Source: the human T2T-CHM13v2.0 reference genome, Homo sapiens. Taken from it: 64,000 nt of DNA. Both the position numbers and the translations under genes were made by a program. The notes under the pieces are model-generated. The model was not told the origin of the DNA and did no database searches. It was given only the letters and a program-made list of their open reading frames with translations. Shown here piece after piece: positions 62,283 through 64,000 of the stretch. Location: assembly GCF_009914755.1 (NCBI RefSeq), contig NC_060926.1; one strand, 5' to 3'. Numbering within the stretch: position 1 is the first letter of the stretch; each line of letters begins with the position of its first letter.

Positions 62283-62756
62283 TGCAGTTGGAGTCACTAC
62301 AAAACTGGTGGCACAGAATTCCAACAAAGGACTGCCCCATAGCATCCCAAGATGGGGCTGATTGAGATTCCAAAGAAGGAGGTACTAGATGCCAGGAAAA
62401 TCAATCCCAAGCATTTATTAGGGGAATTTACATAAAGAAGAGGGTGCGGCGTGTCTTAGCAACAGTGAGAAAAGAGATATTCCACCTAGATATGTCTGCA
62501 ATGAGGGGATGGAGTTAATGGAGTTGACTTGAGTGTTTAAGAAGTTTGGCTCAGGGCCAAAGCTAGTTTCTATGTATGTAACAACATGGCTGATCTTTTA
62601 GTGTTTTCCAACAGCAACCTAAATAGCTTTATCAATTTCTGAGAAGGTTCAAGACTGAAGGGGAAGACGTAGCTGGCTGGGTCACAGAGCAGTTAGGTCA
62701 CTGTGTTTCTGGGTCAGGACATTGAAAGAAGGCAGGGGGAAAGTGGGGGACCCTAC
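62283..62756 (-). mobile_element. ERVL-class LTR (LTR47/LTR53-like), family uncertain
   Basis: TG...CA bounded (tgcagttgg ... ggggaccctaca) with an antisense poly(A) signal (gcatttatt). Confidence 0.45.
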
Positions 62757-64000
62757 AATCTGTCACCCAGAGACCATGTCAAGAGAGATCTCTTTTTCGG
62801 CATTTCTCAACATCTGTAGTATTTACAGTCAATGCTCTGCCCACGTTCCCTTACTCCTACAGTGCATGCCAGCCTAATACCCAACTGCCAATATAATAGG
62901 CAAGGAGATACTGAGGACTTCCTCTCCCTGCTGAAGTTCACTTTGCCCACCTATGTGGCAGTCCAGAAATGATGGGGCATTAAAACTTTCCAGGAGCAAC
63001 CCTCAGTCGGTGACTGGCAGTAGACAGTGTGTAAATAAATACCCCATCTCTCTCATCCCTAGCATTGGCTATCTCTCAGGGATGTGTCCTGCACTGCAGA
63101 GGTTCTCCAGCAGGACTGAGATCCAGTCCTCCACAGTGAGCTGGATTGATTCCTACCTTTCATTAGGTACCTTTCCTTTCTTGCCTTAGTTGGAAGTACT
63201 GTAGGCAAGGATAACTGAACACCACCATTCCTATCCAAAATACTCAAAGCATATTAATGTGTTTAGCTAGAGAATACAGTTAGAGATTATTAGTTGCCAA
63301 ACCTTGCTTTGAAAAAAAAGTGAAGAATTTTAGCTTCTGAAAGTCATTGCAATCAAATATTGAGCAACATGAAGATAAATCGGGAGCTCGCCGGTTTCTA
63401 TCAGAAATGTGCCCACATACGCACCACACTACACTGGTCTTGAATTGGTATTTGGCATTTGCTTTGAACATTTCAAGAGCTAGAATAACAAAAACAGCTG
63501 TGTCAAAAGTAAGTGTCTACTTGGTTTCATTAATGTGATCACACTCATATGGATTGTTTTAAAATATCCAAAAGACTGAAGGTCCTGATGAATCCGACAA
63601 AATAGAGTACTTTTTAGGGAAATTAGCAGCCTTAATGTCAAAGACAAATGTCAGATTATTTTGTTCCAATTTACTCATTTTAGGCTTAAGGATTCTCAAA
63701 AGATAGTGAACAATATATAATACACTAGACATTCTACTCCGCAAATTTAATTTTGAGCATATAATAATAGAATTTTATCTTTGGAAAGTTTGTGAAAATT
63801 CTTATGCATTCAATCTTGATATGAATCATTGTCTTTATAGTTGTTTTGATAATAATCTAATATTATCAAATCACGATCCCCAACTTCTCAAGACATAATG
63901 AATATACATTGAAATTTAAAGTACATGTGTTTACCAGACAATGCCTAGAGGAAATAAATAATTCAATTTCATATCATACAGGAATATTGGTTTTCTAGAC

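Overview
AT-rich primate (human-like) genomic DNA, most likely intergenic or deep intronic, and dominated by transposable-element fossils. I see no host protein-coding exon, RNA gene or prokaryotic-type system that I can support. The long ORFs are broken LINE-1 ORF2 pieces or chance frames across Alu/LTR12. Main content: a young L1PA2-like element with a twin-priming 5' inversion and a 16-bp TSD (11179-15338); about 20 Alu insertions; two ERV9 LTR12 solo LTRs; two MER4-family LTRs; LTR15-, THE1C-, MST-, MLT- and LTR16-like LTRs; and old L2, MIR, L1M, CR1 and DNA-transposon debris. Repeat family names come from recalled consensus sequences, not from a database search. I did not find a convincing new biological system. 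The most notable structures are an LTR12C lacking R/U5 that sits in front of an L1 3' end and a close inverted Alu pair, two Alu composites with the same junction, a 61-bp non-repeat duplication, a double-octamer palindrome, and a CR1-like RT remnant.
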